Part shown: in pieces, positions 1 to 13,064 of the stretch
Numbering within the stretch: the stretch's first letter is position 1
Layout: each line of letters opens with the position of its first letter
Assembly: GCA_013239625.1 (NCBI GenBank)
Contig: MU053911.1
Span: forward strand, 548,132 to 612,131
DNA length: 64,000 nucleotides
Source: Lama guanicoe
Taxonomy: Eukaryota
Direction of reading: 5' to 3'
The notes under the pieces: generated by a model
Seen by the model: the letters and a program-made list of their open reading frames with translations, nothing else
What the model was told of the DNA's origin: nothing
The model's database searches: none
Made by a program: the position numbers and the translations under genes

Positions 1-3000
1 TAAAAACTGTCGAGACCCGTGCGTATGTGTCTGTTTACAGTCTTGGCGTTTATCTTACAGTTTAATTCCAGACTGTGGGGCATTTTTTCTTGTACTTGTT
101 CCCAGTGAGACATTTAGTTCTACTCAGACTGTAACTTTCTGAAATATTCTCAAGACAAAGTTTTTTTAATCGTTTACATAAGTGATTGTTTGCATATAAA
201 TTTCTGTCCATGGCTCACAAACCCAATGTTTTAAATTTCAATTAGAATTGATCCAAGATTTAGGGCTATGGCAAAACGAGGCGAGCCCATCAAATGTACT
301 CAGCCTTCTGTGAAGCTGTGGTTGTCACCACGGGCTAAGCAGGCAATGTCTCACAACATTATTTCCATACAAAATGGCCTTCAACAGTTCTAAAGGAAAA
401 ATTTCCTGTATTTTCCAAATTAATTTGCTGACCACTATCACTAAGGTTATCCTACATAACGTATTAACTGCCAACAGCAAGTGTGGGGGGAGGACAGGGG
501 GCGGTTGTGGAAAGAGAAAGAAAGAGAATTGTACATTCATATTTACTTTATATTAGTGTAATTATATTACATTACAGTACATAAAGAAGTCTTCATTTTT
601 TATTGGTGGTGGGTGAATTCTACCAGGTCTTAAAGCGGTAAACAGTTTAGTCTCCCATAGTACAATACTGAGGGTCCAATCTATTCCCAGGTCAGTGCTA
701 AAAATCCTATTAATTTAAAAAATATTCCTTTTTTATTATAAAACTTAGGGTATAATCTAAAGGCAGAGGTAAAATTACAGTTAAAGTTAGAGATGAAAGG
801 GGTCTCAAAATACTATATATTCCAGTTGTTGCTAGAGGTTCCTTTTCTGACGAAATTGAGGCTATGATTTGGAATAAGGAAGATGTCTTGTGTGACTGGC
901 GCCTGGGCCTCGCAGCGCCCTGTGGAACCCAGGCGGGTAAACCCTGCAGCTCCTGCTCCTACTGTTCTCAGGAATCTTGCAATCAAATGACCAGAGGCCA
1001 CGGCACATCTGAGAATGAGTGCATGGGCACGTGTTTACATGAACAGTCCGCGTCCTCTCCCAGACAGAGATAAACTTGTCAGCCACTTGTAGGATGTGAT
1101 GTGTGGGGCACTGAAAACTGAACCAGCCCCAAAATATCACCCGTATCAACATGCCACTCAGTCAAACATTCTCTCGGGGTGAGTCACTCCGTATCTACCC
1201 AAAGTTTGGTTCAATACCAATAGTTTTACTTTCAGAGAAGTAACATCTTAACCCATTGTTACGTTCCAGGGCTGTAAAGGAACGCCACGGAGGGCACAGC
1301 GCATGGTTTCAGATTGACGCAGATCATGGGACTCTAAACGTGGTGAGAGCCTTGAGGGACGTTGCTTCCTAGAAAGGACTGGAGTCACTGCCATGAAAAT
1401 GATGCAGGACACAGTGGTCGAGGTGGGCACCACACGTTGTGAGGAAAGCCAAGTTGAAAACCACCCTTGAGAGGCAAGACTTGCAAAACCACAGCACAAC
1501 CTGCACTGTGAGAAAGGCTACAATTTCCACACGGAAAGGCGAATGAAGCCTGGTGCAAACCTTCACAGAGCTGAGAAGAGGCCAACACACACAAGTACAA
1601 CACACGGAGTAAAAGCGCAGAGTGCGCACAAAGAGGGCGTCGTAAGCGTCTGTTCAATGACCGAGTCTCAGTGCCGTATTACCGTTAAGCAAATAGTGAC
1701 TTTCAAAGGCGGGTGAGAGTCTGCCCATCTGCTGTGGCCCCTAAAGACCTCAGGACAATGAGGCTCTTTGAAAGGCTGGGCAGGACTTCAGCAGGTTGCT
1801 CTGAAGGAAGAAGGAAGAAGGAAGGGGGAGCACATCTGGTAAAGAGTACAGTGGTAACTGGAACAGCGATGGGAATGTTGGGGGTGGAAATCAGGCATCT
1901 GCTTATTGTCCACTTTGCTTATGATACAGGATATATATAAAAACAATGAGAAAAAAAGCTACTTCAAGAGAGAATCCTGGAAATCACTGAATGTCAGACG
2001 CAGGATCTTGGACTTAGCTATGGAAACCCAGTGAAGGGTTTTAAAATTTTTGTGTAGAAAGTAACATCATTAGTACTCAAGCCAAGAAATAATTCACAAA
2101 ATGGAAGCCACGTTTAGGTTTAGTGACTTAGGGACACCAGAATCCAAGAGTTGCAACAGAAGCCAGATCGATGGCCCGGCTTCCTCCACAGTCAGGAAGG
2201 AAATGAGCATCCGGAGACAATGGGCACAGGGACACTTGGCAGAGACTCTCTGGGACTGAAAAGTGACAAGGATGTGAGAGCAGAGGGAAGAAAAGGAGTC
2301 AGAGTGAGCCTGGAGTTCCACTCCTACAGAGCTAACCTCAGTCAGTTTATAGAACAAGAAAGAAGGACAAAAGAAAAAAATATATATCAGTTGCTCCCAT
2401 TTGGTTTGTGACTTGACACATGTGAGAATTTCTCCTTGGAACCGAGAGTTTAGTGAGTAGCAGAAAACATGACTGTGGGCTTCAGGAGCCAGCTCAGGCA
2501 TAAAAGGTAACTGCTGGGGGGAGTTTGCAAGGACGCGCGAGCGGCCCGGGTGAGACGCGGCTCCCGCGGGCAGCCTCCATCCCCAGGGTCTGCCGGGCTC
2601 TCAGGGGCGAGGGGAGAAGGGGCCTGAGGACCCTCGCAGGGACGAGTGCTCGCAAGGAGCACGCGTTCCAGCAGCTGAAGGAGAGACTCGCAGGGCAGGA
2701 GAGGGAATGTCTGAATAATTCAGCCGAGTGAAACCATCTAAAACCACCCGGGCATTGGCTTAGTAACAGCGCGACCATTTTCTAGAAATTATGTAATTCG
2801 AAGCTGCAGTATTTCCTTCGCTCTTATCTGCTCAGGGCTGCTGAGGGGGCTGGGATTTGTAGCAAGCGGAACATTACAGGAGGGAACTGTGCCGAGAAGA
2901 AACTACAGAAGCCCACGTGGGCATCGCCTTGAGTCGCTGCTCAGACCCCGGCAGCGCCCAGAGAGCTGCACCAAGACGCCGGCCGTTCGCCTGAGACCCC

Positions 3001-3369
3001 AGAGCCTCAGCTGAGGAGTTCAACTATCCTGCACCTGTAAGAGCAGCTTTCTATGCACCCCACCAGAGCTTTAAAAATCATTTTAAAATGAAGCAGGATT
3101 GTTAGTAAGTTAACTGTCCGCCAGAACAAAACCAATACTCCTATAAGAAAAAAATTGGCATTTACAAAAGTAGCACCCACAATATCCACCAAAATTTTAC
3201 TTTTAATTACTAGACATAGAAAGGAGAAACAAAGCGTGTCCCTCAATCACGGAAATTTTACTCCAGAAGGTCGCTAACACAGACTCAGAGATGACAGAGC
3301 TGTTGAGATCAGCGGACAAAGACAGAGAAAAGGCGCCGTGAGGAAAGAGGCGAGCAGGGACTGAGGAAG

Positions 3370-4130
3370 TACTTAATGGAAGGTCTGCGGTTCAAAAGCA
3401 GAACGTCTGAAATTAAGTCATCACTTGATGTGCTCTCTAGTAAACTGGCTCCCGCAGAAAACAGTCTCAGGAAACCTGAGGCCGCGGCAGCAGGGGATAC
3501 CGAGTGAAGCACGTGGAACAAAAGTGTTGGAAAATTAAATGAACACAGTCTTGTCACCATGTGGAAGATGGCAGTTATTCTCAGAAGTATGGAGGCAGAG
3601 TCCCAGGAGGAGACAGGAGAGAAACTGGAGCAGAAAACGTGCTTTAAATTATATTGACCCACAGACCCAGACACTCAACAACAGGTTAAACACACACACA
3701 CGTAAGTCACTTACAGAAATATTATAGTCAAACTGCTGAAAAATAGTGATAAAAAATATGAAAAAGAAGTGGGAAAAATAAATATATCACAGAGGAAAAA
3801 AACAAGTAAAAGGATGTGTTTATCATCAGCAACACGCAAGCCAGAAGACGCTGGAATAAAGTCTTAAAAAGTGAAAAAGAAACATGTCAAGCGAGAATTC
3901 TATAACCAGTGAACATTCTTCAAACATAAAGTTGAAATAAAGACGTTTCAAAATAAGCAAAAGATAGAGAAGTTCGTCACCAAAGACCTGGCTCTAAAAG
4001 CAACGTCACATGAGGGTCTTCAAGCTGCAGAAGGCGAATCCCAGATGGAAAGCTGAGCTACATTCGGAAATGGAAGCCGTGGAATTGGGAAGTGTGTGGG
4101 TGAACAGGAGAGACATTCTCTTCTTAAAAT
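3370..4130 (+). mobile_element. Ancient L1M/HAL1-type LINE, decayed ORF1 region
   Basis: A-rich sense sequence with typical ORF1 motifs (ATAGTCAAACTGCTGAAAA, AAGCCAGAAGACGCTGGAATAA, AGAATTCTATAACCAGTGAA); no open frame. Confidence 0.65.
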
Positions 4131-4150
4131 TCATTTAAAAAAATTGAATA

Positions 4151-4850
4151 CAGTAGCCCCTCCTTGTCTGTGGGGAACATGTTCCGAGATCCCCACAGCG
4201 GGGTCTGAAACAGCAGACAGAATTCTGGTAGGCCAAGTTTTTTCCTATACGTACATACCTATGACAAAGTTTAATTTATAAATTAGGCATAGTGTGAGAT
4301 TAACAGTAACTAAGAACCAAACAGAGCAGCTATGACAACAAACTGTAGTAGAGGTTATGTGAATGTGCTGTCTCTCAGCACATCTTCTTAGACATGCGTC
4401 TTAGCTGAGCACTGACTGTGCCCTGCAGTGACAACTTTTGCAGTCTGAGCTAGCGAAACTAGCAGATTTCTTTTTCCACCTCCACAATTTCACGGGTAGG
4501 AGATTTATCCTTAGCGCAGATCTTAGCAACCTCAGCATATGATTTTTTTCTTTCTTGTTAAGTTGGGAACTTTCACCTTTTCACTTAAGGAAGTGGTTTA
4601 CAGCTCCTCTTTGGCACATCCAAATTGCCAGCATCACTCCTCTCTTGTGCTTTGGGGCTAATATTAAATAAAATAAAGTTCGCTTGAACACAAGGCCTCC
4701 ACAGGACTGCATCAGTCAATCTGACGACCAAGAGGACTGCTAAGTGGTGGGCCAAGTGGCAGGAAACATGGACAGCGTGGACAGAGAAGCGGTCCATGTG
4801 CAGGGCAGGACAGATCTGGACTGCGTGAGGCTTTCATGATGCTTCAAATG
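4151..4850. mobile_element. MER44/Tigger7-family DNA transposon remnant
   Basis: Starts TA|CAGTAGCCCCTCCTTGTC (Tigger TIR after TA) and carries CCTATACGTACATACCTATGACAAAGTTTAATTTATAAATTAGGCA; other end missing. Confidence 0.75.
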
Positions 4851-4851
4851 T

Positions 4852-5045
4852 CTAAAAAAGGCAAAATTAGCTATAGTCAGAGACATCAGAATTGGCTGCA
4901 CAGGAGCACAGGAAAGTTTCTGGACTAGTGGACATATTCCACACCTGGTTAAGGGCGTGGATTGCATGCATTTGAACAGACTGAACTACATTCTTAAGAA
5001 CTGCATTTTACTTTGTATAAAACATTCCTCAACTAAAAATATACA
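4852..5045 (+). mobile_element. Old L1 3' UTR fragment
   Basis: AGGCAAAATTAGCTATAGT...CATTTTACTTTGTATAAAACATTCCTCAACTAAAAA resembles an L1MC/ME terminus. Confidence 0.5.
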
Positions 5046-5089
5046 TTAAAGAGGTAAAAATGGTCAAGAATCAAACAAAAACAAAGTGT

Positions 5090-5540
5090 CAAGATAGTCA
5101 TGAGGAGAAAGAGAAAGACTGTGGGTGTCAGAGAGGTGGTGGTTTTGCTAGTCCTTGAAAATTATACGGAACTTTGGATCTCAGAGATGGTGGGGAAGGC
5201 TATCTCACTGAAATGGATGCGTCCTAGTGCGCAAATACGCAGAGGCAGAAGTGAGGTAGTGAGTAGCAATTAAACTCTTTTAGCTGAAGAGTTAAAGGGA
5301 AATGCAGCCAAATTGTCGAGCACCTTGAATGCCAGGGAAGAAGACTGCGTTTTACTCTATGGCGAATGAGGGACACAAATGCTTCTGCACAGGTGAGTGA
5401 AATGCCAGAATTACTGTTTGGAAGGGATAGTATTGTTGACAATGTGCGTGGATCAGAGAAAGACAGGAAGTTGTGAGCCTACTGAAAAGTTCCATCTAGA
5501 TAACATGAATTCAGTTGCAATGTGAATGGAAAAGAGGGGT
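5090..5540 (-). mobile_element. L2 remnant
   Basis: Purine-rich, with L2-like phrase CCTTGAATGCCAGGGAAGAAGACTGCGTTTTACTCTATGG; a similar remnant lies at about 1700-2130. Confidence 0.45.
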
Positions 5541-6502
5541 CAAAGCAAAACCCAAACAACTCTGGGTGCAAATCACAAAAATTCAATGCCTCTTGGACCT
5601 AAACAGCAAAGAAAAAGTAGGGCTGAATGATGATGACTGTAAGTTTTCAAGTTACTATTGCCCACGACGGTGCTGTCAACAGAAGCAGAATTTCTTGAAT
5701 CTGTTGCTAAACTTGTCTTCAGTAACAGACATTTTTTAAATAATTTTTTTTCAAAATATCTGAATGGTTTAATTTTTCTCATGCTTAAAAAAGAGTCTGG
5801 AGCTTCAACGAAGACCAGCTTCCGTGTCTGGGCAGTGTTCCCGTGGGCTCCGTGTGAGAAGGGCAAATGGTCATGCGGCCAGGTACGTCTCCTTCACCAG
5901 CTCATGCTTCTCATTATTTCACTCCCTCTAAAAATATAAAAAAGCCCTAGAAGGCGTGCAGACTCTCAAACCCGTCACCACTGCAGTGTGAACGACGGTG
6001 TACAAAGAACTACTTGGTGGCCGTCTGCAGTGCCCCAGATTGACGCGACACAGATGCGCTAAGATTCAAGGAAGCAGAAAAGGAGGAATCGCTGCCCGGA
6101 CCCCTGAGGGGGACGTCCGGGAAGCCAGGATGGAGCGGCATCTGGAGGACGCAGGCCCTGGACGGCCTGAACTGCGGCGAAGGGGAGAGAGAACAAAGCG
6201 GAGGGAGGCAAGCACGTGGGAGAATCATTTTACCCCCCTCTGTGAGACCAAATAATGACTCACGGCAAAGAGCAAGCATTCCACTTGCTATAGAGGAGGC
6301 TAACGGGTTGAGTGGTGGTCAAGAGAGGAGAGAGGATGAGGTGCTTACTCCATGCCCAGCTCTGCCGCCCCACTCCGCAACCCGTGGAGGACACAACGCT
6401 TGTAGGGCTCCCTGGGTCAGGCCCCGCCTCTCCCTTCGGGCACCATCAGACCAGCTGTCACATTCAGGTGGAGATGAGTGCTGGCACTTGAAATACTGCT
6501 TC

Positions 6503-7032
6503 TGCTGCCCCAAAAGGGGAAGGGAAAAGACCCCAGTTCTTGTCCTACCTGAAAGGTAAGAATTCAGACGGGAGATGGAGTGTTGGGTAGTGAAAGATTT
6601 TAAAGGATTTATTAGCAAAGGGAAAGTGTACCTCTGAGAACAGGAGGCGGGCTGATCCGAGCACGAGAGCTGTGCTCTCTGCCCCTTCTCTTACACCCTC
6701 ACTTAGCGGTGGTCTCTTGATTGATTGACGGCTCTTGTGTCATGCTCATCCCCTTCTGCTCATGTCCTTGCCCGTGATGCACACAGAAAAACCCCTGGTA
6801 AGGCTAAGTGCAATGCTGGCTATATTACAGTGAGCTCTGAGTCCTGTCTGGTTAGGTTCTTGCCGCTACTGCACAGTCATTGCTGTCGGGTTCTAACTGG
6901 TTTCTTGCTGGCGCTCATTTAGAGGAAGTCAAGCCCCTTTATGCTGCAGGTGGGCGCACCACCGTCTTCCAGCTCCTCCTGCATCTCCTCCTCCTGTCTG
7001 CCTGGTGCCCACACTTATCTGACTACCTAACA
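6503..7032 (-). mobile_element. ERV1-class solo LTR (530 bp)
   Basis: TG...CA termini, perfect 4-bp TSD CTTC (6499-6502 and 7033-7036), minus-strand AATAAA at 6608-6613. Confidence 0.8.
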
Positions 7033-7409
7033 CTTCCCCTCTGTACAAATGCAGGAGTGTGCACAACATCTTTCAACTTTTGGACCCAGAACAAAAAATG
7101 TATTTTAAAACATGTCTTTATACATGTAGGTATATTCAGCAGAGACAAAGCTAGTCCTCCATGCTACGATGAGCTAAGCCACATCCCAGCAGGCTGCTTC
7201 ACCCCACCCCCAATTCTATTCTGTCCTGTTCTAGTCTGTTTCATGAAAAATTCTGGTCTCAACCTACATGCTGATGTCAAGGCTCACTAAAGGACTGAAA
7301 TCAACACTCTGAAAAGCACGGGCATGTGTGTATGTGTGTGCAGGTGTGAGTGCCTCCGTGTGTCTGTATTTATGATGTAAAAAGCCCCCCAGATGTGCTG
7401 CACATTTCA

Positions 7410-8130
7410 CCCTCCTCAGTCCTATCAGATTTAATACCTCCTTTTTATAACTAAGAGTGTGGAACACCCCTTCACTCTCTTGAGATAAAATCAATAGATA
7501 ATGTGTTATTTATGTAATATAAATTTATAATGTAAATTATAAATAAATTACATAATTCCAAATTACAGTATCCTAATGTAAAATAAAGTATAAATAAAGA
7601 GAAATAATTTATAACAGAAATATGAACTTAATACTCCAGCAGAACTGCACTAGAAGATGTAAAACAGCCCCCTTCACACCGGTGCCTGGAATCGCCATGT
7701 AACTGGCCTGAATTTAGCTACATCTAATGGTGCGGGTGTGCTGTGCCAGAGACGCACACTCTGCCGCTAGGATGTCATCAGCGCCCCAATTTTCCAAAGA
7801 GTTGGACAAGTCCTGACAGAGTCCTAAACCAAACAAGTCTGCACTCAGGATAATCTTCATTTGTGTAACTTTTGAGTTGTTAGAAAATTCAGTGCATATT
7901 AAAACTGTAAAACTTGTTGGTATCTATCTATCTATCTATCTATCTATCATCTATCATCTATCTAAAGATTTAGATTTCAGGCTTAGAAAATCAGATGGCC
8001 CCTGTGTGAGTGCCCAGCAGCGCCTGGTGGAGGCCTGTGGGCCGTCTCACTCACTGCAGACGTTTCAGCGTCACTGGCCCCATCCTCTCCCTCTGTGTGA
8101 AAAGCAAAACGGACCTACAATTTCCTAGTC
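7410..8130. mobile_element. hAT-Charlie (MER113-like) remnant
   Basis: AGAAAATTCAGTGCATATTAAAAC and AT-rich segment resemble recalled MER113 consensus. Confidence 0.4.
7921..7963. repeat. (TCTA)n microsatellite
   Basis: TATCTATCTATCTATCTATCTATCTATCATCTATCATCTATCT seen directly. Confidence 0.95.
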
Positions 8131-11100
8131 TATCACCCCTTTTGATAGCACAGCGACCAGAGGAAGGACAGGTCAGAGCCCTTCCATCCGCAGCTGCTGG
8201 TCCTCACCAAGCGCGACACGCCGTGGAACCTGGTGAAGCTAGGGTGCCAGGGAGGGCCCGGCCGTGGGAAGAACACTACAAAGGACACCCACTGTCAGCT
8301 TGCTTTACCATTTTAATTTTTTAAAAGTAGGTATGCAAACACACAACAATAAGAACATGTTGGTCAAACATTAATATTGGTCTAGAACCAACATTTGAAA
8401 TTTATACTCTCAACGAACTTGGTGAGAGCAGAGACAGAGAACTAAACGGTCCTATACAAGGAAAGATTAGAAACAGTTGCCTAAGAGATACTTTCACCTA
8501 CATTTCTGGAAGGCTTTAAGTTTTTCTTTATGCATGATGATGCCAGAAATGTGTGTTTTTTCCCCAAGCCAAGTCCTCCTCTGTTCGGCCTCCTAGCCCC
8601 TGAGGTGCCCACTGGAGGACTGGGAAGGATATTTCAATGGGCCAAAAATTGTATGAATACATAAAATTGAATCTAGGCCATTTCTAAATATAATGTATTA
8701 TTTTTGTTTCCCGGCACATAAAAGAACTTATTTTTAAACTCAATTTTAAGACATAAAAATGGGAGTTGTTGAGTCACTTGCTAAATATGATGTAAAAATG
8801 TGTAATTAGAGGGTGGCTTCAAAGATCACTCACTTGGGCTAATTTTGCCAATTAAAGCTAAAAGCATGAGAATAAGTAAATAATTCAGGTCTTTTTAATT
8901 TTCCTTTGCACCAAAAGCCCTGTGGTACTTCCCCTGTCCTAGAAGAGAATGCTTATGTCACAGTAACTCCATGCTCCTGGTTTACCTTTTTAACAAGAAG
9001 GAAGAGATTTTATTTCTTCAGTCACTCATTCCTTCTTACATAACGCAGTTCTGCAGTTTAAATGCTAATTGGCCATTTTGGCTGAGGAATTCCTAGTTAA
9101 AAGGTTTGCCATTTAATCCCAACGTGTCTTTTGATTTCTTGAGGATGATTAAATGGAAATTCAGCGCTGGTTCAGTATCAGAGAGGCCCACGTGTGCTCT
9201 GCTGTGGAAACCCATGGTGTGCGCATCCTGCTGGGAGACTCAGGCTGAGGTTTTATTGAATCAGGCCCTCCGTAGTCAGACTCAAAATAACCTCCAGCAC
9301 ACTGATAAAAATAATGACCCTTCTGCAGTTGTAAAACTTGAAACTCCCTTGAATGCTAACTAATACCAAAAAGCTGTTTCTGCAAATCAAATGGGGGAAT
9401 TGAAGCCAAGAAATCACTCTGGATGGAGACCTGGAAATGGCATTCCACTTTCCCTCTCAGGGGTTATAGAAGTTTGAGCTTTGCCTCAAAGCTTGTGAAG
9501 GCGTCACCTGGGCTCGCAGCAAGGGAGCTACACCTGGAGATGCGCCTGGCACCGGGCAGCCCCCCAGGGTGAGCGGGCATCTCTGAGCCCTAAGTCCTCA
9601 GGAACGGCTGCTCAGCCCCCAGCGCCAGCAGCATCTTCGATAATAACATTGTTTGGTGGATGGAACACAAAAGACAGGCCCTCAAAGTGCGAGTTAGGTC
9701 AAGCTTGCCGTGTTGGACGTCTGCTTCCCAAAGCCTCGCCGTGATGAACGCTCTCAGCTCCAACAGTGCGGTTCTGTCATCTTGCCGAAATCCTTCAAAA
9801 ACAGCCAGGCTACTAGGCAACGAGAAATCGCCCTACCAGCTAAGTTTATTTATGCTGACACAGAAAAACCATGAGACACCCAAGTTCTAAGCTGTAATTT
9901 ATTCCTGATAAGCAGTGGACCAGCGGGACCCCAGGCCCACGTGGGGAATCGCCCCCAGACAGAGCCGAGAGGGCGCGAGCCTCAGAGCGTCCCGGCCTCT
10001 CGAGCGCACGCAGCAAAGCCGCCTGCCGTCTGGTGGGGACGACCGCTGTCCCCAGGGCCCAGGGACACACGAGCAGAGGGGGACCACGTCTGGAATTACA
10101 GTTCAGGAGCAGCTTTTTCCCACGGGTCTCCTCGTCCTTCTGGGTCGATCCAGTTCCACAGCTTTTCTGAGCACTGGGCTGATTTCTCAGTTCCGAGTTC
10201 TGGTGCTCTTGGTGGTGGTGACGGTTTTGGCAAAAGCAGCCACCATCCAGCCCAGACCACGGGAGATGCAGTGAGACACGCCTTCGGCAGCGCCTCTCTG
10301 GCTAGACGGGATGTGCCTTTCCCGGCAAGCACTGTGTCAAGCGTCTGTACACCAAGTGCCCAGTTTGCTTTTGGCCAGAGTACATGATGGGCCCACACGG
10401 CGCCTACAGCAAAGATGGGGGGGAGACTGGTTACATGCTCACGTCTGGGCTAGGATGAGGAAGGGCTGTTCAGAATTTCATCACACTGAGATGGTCAAGA
10501 AGAACCCTGCTGGACTGAGAGGAAAAGGCCTGAATGTTAATCCCAGAGTCTCTCTTTTCCAACCCTGTGAACTACAGTAACTCACGTAATCTTAGTCAAG
10601 GGCTTCATCATAAGTGAAGGGACAGAGCTAACTGGGTATCGATGGAATCAGGTGGAGTGAGGTAGAGAACGTTCTGGAACATGGAAGCACGTTTAATTCA
10701 GGGCAGAGATGAAGGGGGGCAGGCAAGGAGGAGTGGGCTGGGGGCGTAGGCCACAACTGCAGGCAAACAAGAGGGTGCTGGGCACAAGCCTGCACTTTGT
10801 GTTTCCCCAGGAGCTGACCTGGGAGAGGCCGTGGTCCCACACCCAGGCCTCGTCTACACAACACGGGGTTGCTGGGATGGGGTTTTCCTGCTCACTTGCC
10901 AGTTTGGCCCAGAGCCTCTTGCACTGGCCGGGCGCATGTGAGCCATCCTTGTGGTTCTGAATGAGGGAAGGTCAGAAGGAGGACCCCAGGGCATATCTCA
11001 TTACACCCCAGTGTGCCTGATACCTGTTGCAAAGATGCGGGTCCCACAGACCAAACCCTGGGAACAGGAGCAGGTCTTAATCCAGATGCACAAGACAAGG

Positions 11101-11228
11101 CAAAGCTGAGCTCGGGGAACTCTCTCTAAATAAGAAAGCAGCTCAGATCACTTTGGGGAAAAGTGCCTGTGATTTAACTGAGGGCTGTGAACTGTTTATG
11201 CCTCGTTATGTTTTCTTTTTGTGCTGAA

Positions 11229-11372
11229 GAGTTTGTTGATTAAGATGGTACAGCACATGCTTGGCATGCATGCGGTCCTGGGTTTGATCCCCAGAGCCTC
11301 CGTTAAAATAAGTAAGTAAATAAATAAATAAACCTAATTACCCCCCAAGACAACAACAAAACCCTAAAAAAT
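11229..11372 (+). mobile_element. Vic-1-like tRNA-derived SINE
   Basis: GGTACAGCACATGCTTGGCATGCATGCGGTCCTGGGTTTGATCCCCAG plus A-rich tail with AAACCTAATTACCCCCC. Confidence 0.85.
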
Positions 11373-11386
11373 TAGGGGAAAAAAAA

Positions 11387-11518
11387 GGGAGGGAGGGTCC
11401 GGTTCAGTGGTAGAGCATGTGCTCAGCATGCACGAGGTCCTGGGTTCACTCCCAGTACCTCCATTAAAAAAACCTAATTACCTCCCCCTTCCAGAAAAAA
11501 AAAAAACGAACAAGAAAA
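11387..11518 (+). mobile_element. Vic-1-like SINE, tandem to the previous copy
   Basis: GGGAGGGTCCGGTTCAGTGGTAGAGCATGTGCTCAGCATGCACGAGGTCCTGGGTTCA plus A tail. Confidence 0.9.
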
Positions 11519-12411
11519 GCAGGATTCTGGTCTGTACTGAGACGTACTCTTGAAAAAGAGCCCTCAGCAAGGTTAAGGACGGGAAGGGAGAGAAGCCAAA
11601 GCAAAGGGGTGCTCCAGTGAGAAAGCCGGCACTGGCTGCTCTCCCCAGGTCCTACGTTGTTTCCAGAACTCCCCCCCGCCCCCCAGGAGCTGGAGTTCTT
11701 GGCCTGTGGGGACCCTTGTGTTGGTTTTCATGTCTACATAAGAACAAGTCAGCCGTTACCACCTCACTGAAAGCCTTTACTTCTTTGACCCAAAGTCTGC
11801 ATGCATACCATTTCTCAAATAGAAATATTAAAGCCAAAGGAAGGCGCTGAATTATAAGAACAGATTATATAAGCAATTTCTTGGACGATATTTACTGTCC
11901 TGGGAAGGGGTTGAAAATACAGCATCTCCAGAACACTCTTCTTCTCACACTTTCCCTTCTTCTTCTGCTCTAGAATGTAACTAATTTCAGATTGCATATT
12001 CATCCCTGCGCAAAATTTGAAGAGGACTTAAAAAACTAAAGTCCAAATTTTATGAAAATGGCATAGACTTTATTTCTATACTAGGGAGACTCATCATTTT
12101 AAGTCTTTGCTGAATGTAGTTGTGCAGACTGAGAATTAAAACAAACAAATAAATGAACATTTGTTAAACCCGCCTTTGTTCTCTAAGACGGATGAAGTCT
12201 TTGAAGCAATAATACACATGCAAATTTACATACACGGATGTGTGAAACAGAAGTAGTGTTTCATCTAACACAAACCAAACAAAAAACTAACATAAGTAGA
12301 AAAGTTGTATTTTGAATGGGAGGGGTCCTCCCATAAGAGCAGAAACTGACAATTTCTAGTAGTAAAATAGCGAAAAGAAACTCAAGGACGCCAGAATCTC
12401 TGCTACAGGAG

Positions 12412-12471
12412 AGCACATGTGTGCACGCACACACACACGCATGCACACACGCACACACATAGGCACACGCA
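12412..12471. repeat. Imperfect (CA)n tract
   Basis: GCACGCACACACACACGCATGCACACACGCACACACA. Confidence 0.85.
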
Positions 12472-13064
12472 CTACATTCTGGATTTGGGACGAAGAAAGC
12501 CAGTCTAGGTGTCTGAAAGGATGGGACAGTGGGAAAAGCTGATAGGAGAGAAACAATCAGAGATGGTCCCATTTCTGACAAGCTGGTTTTTTAGCCCTAG
12601 TTAATGAGTGGCAGAAGGAGCTTAAAATACAAAGCTCACGATTTTTTAGAGGATTTACAAATAGATTTTGGGTATTAAAGCAAGAAAGAATAATTCCTCA
12701 TGGTTAACTTAAAGTGTAGACGAAGGCTGAGCTCCTGGAAAAGGACCAGATGATCTTTTGTGGACAGCCAAGTAGGGACTTGGACAATCCAGGTAGAGGT
12801 GACATGTGCTGTATAGAACGTACATGTCTGAGCAAAAGTGAGAGGATGGAAGTTCAGAAAGTCACCCAGAGAACTTCTAGGATGCTTTGACAGTGAGTCT
12901 CCCATCTGATCTTCCTTAACTGGAGAATATTGCTGAACGCCCGGTAAGGCTGCGGGAGAGGAACCTCGAAATAAACTGAGACGTGAGGAATTAGTAAAAA
13001 CAGGATTAATCCAATAAGGAAAATAGATTTTTCTACAACATTATGTATTTAAGTTAAATTGTAG

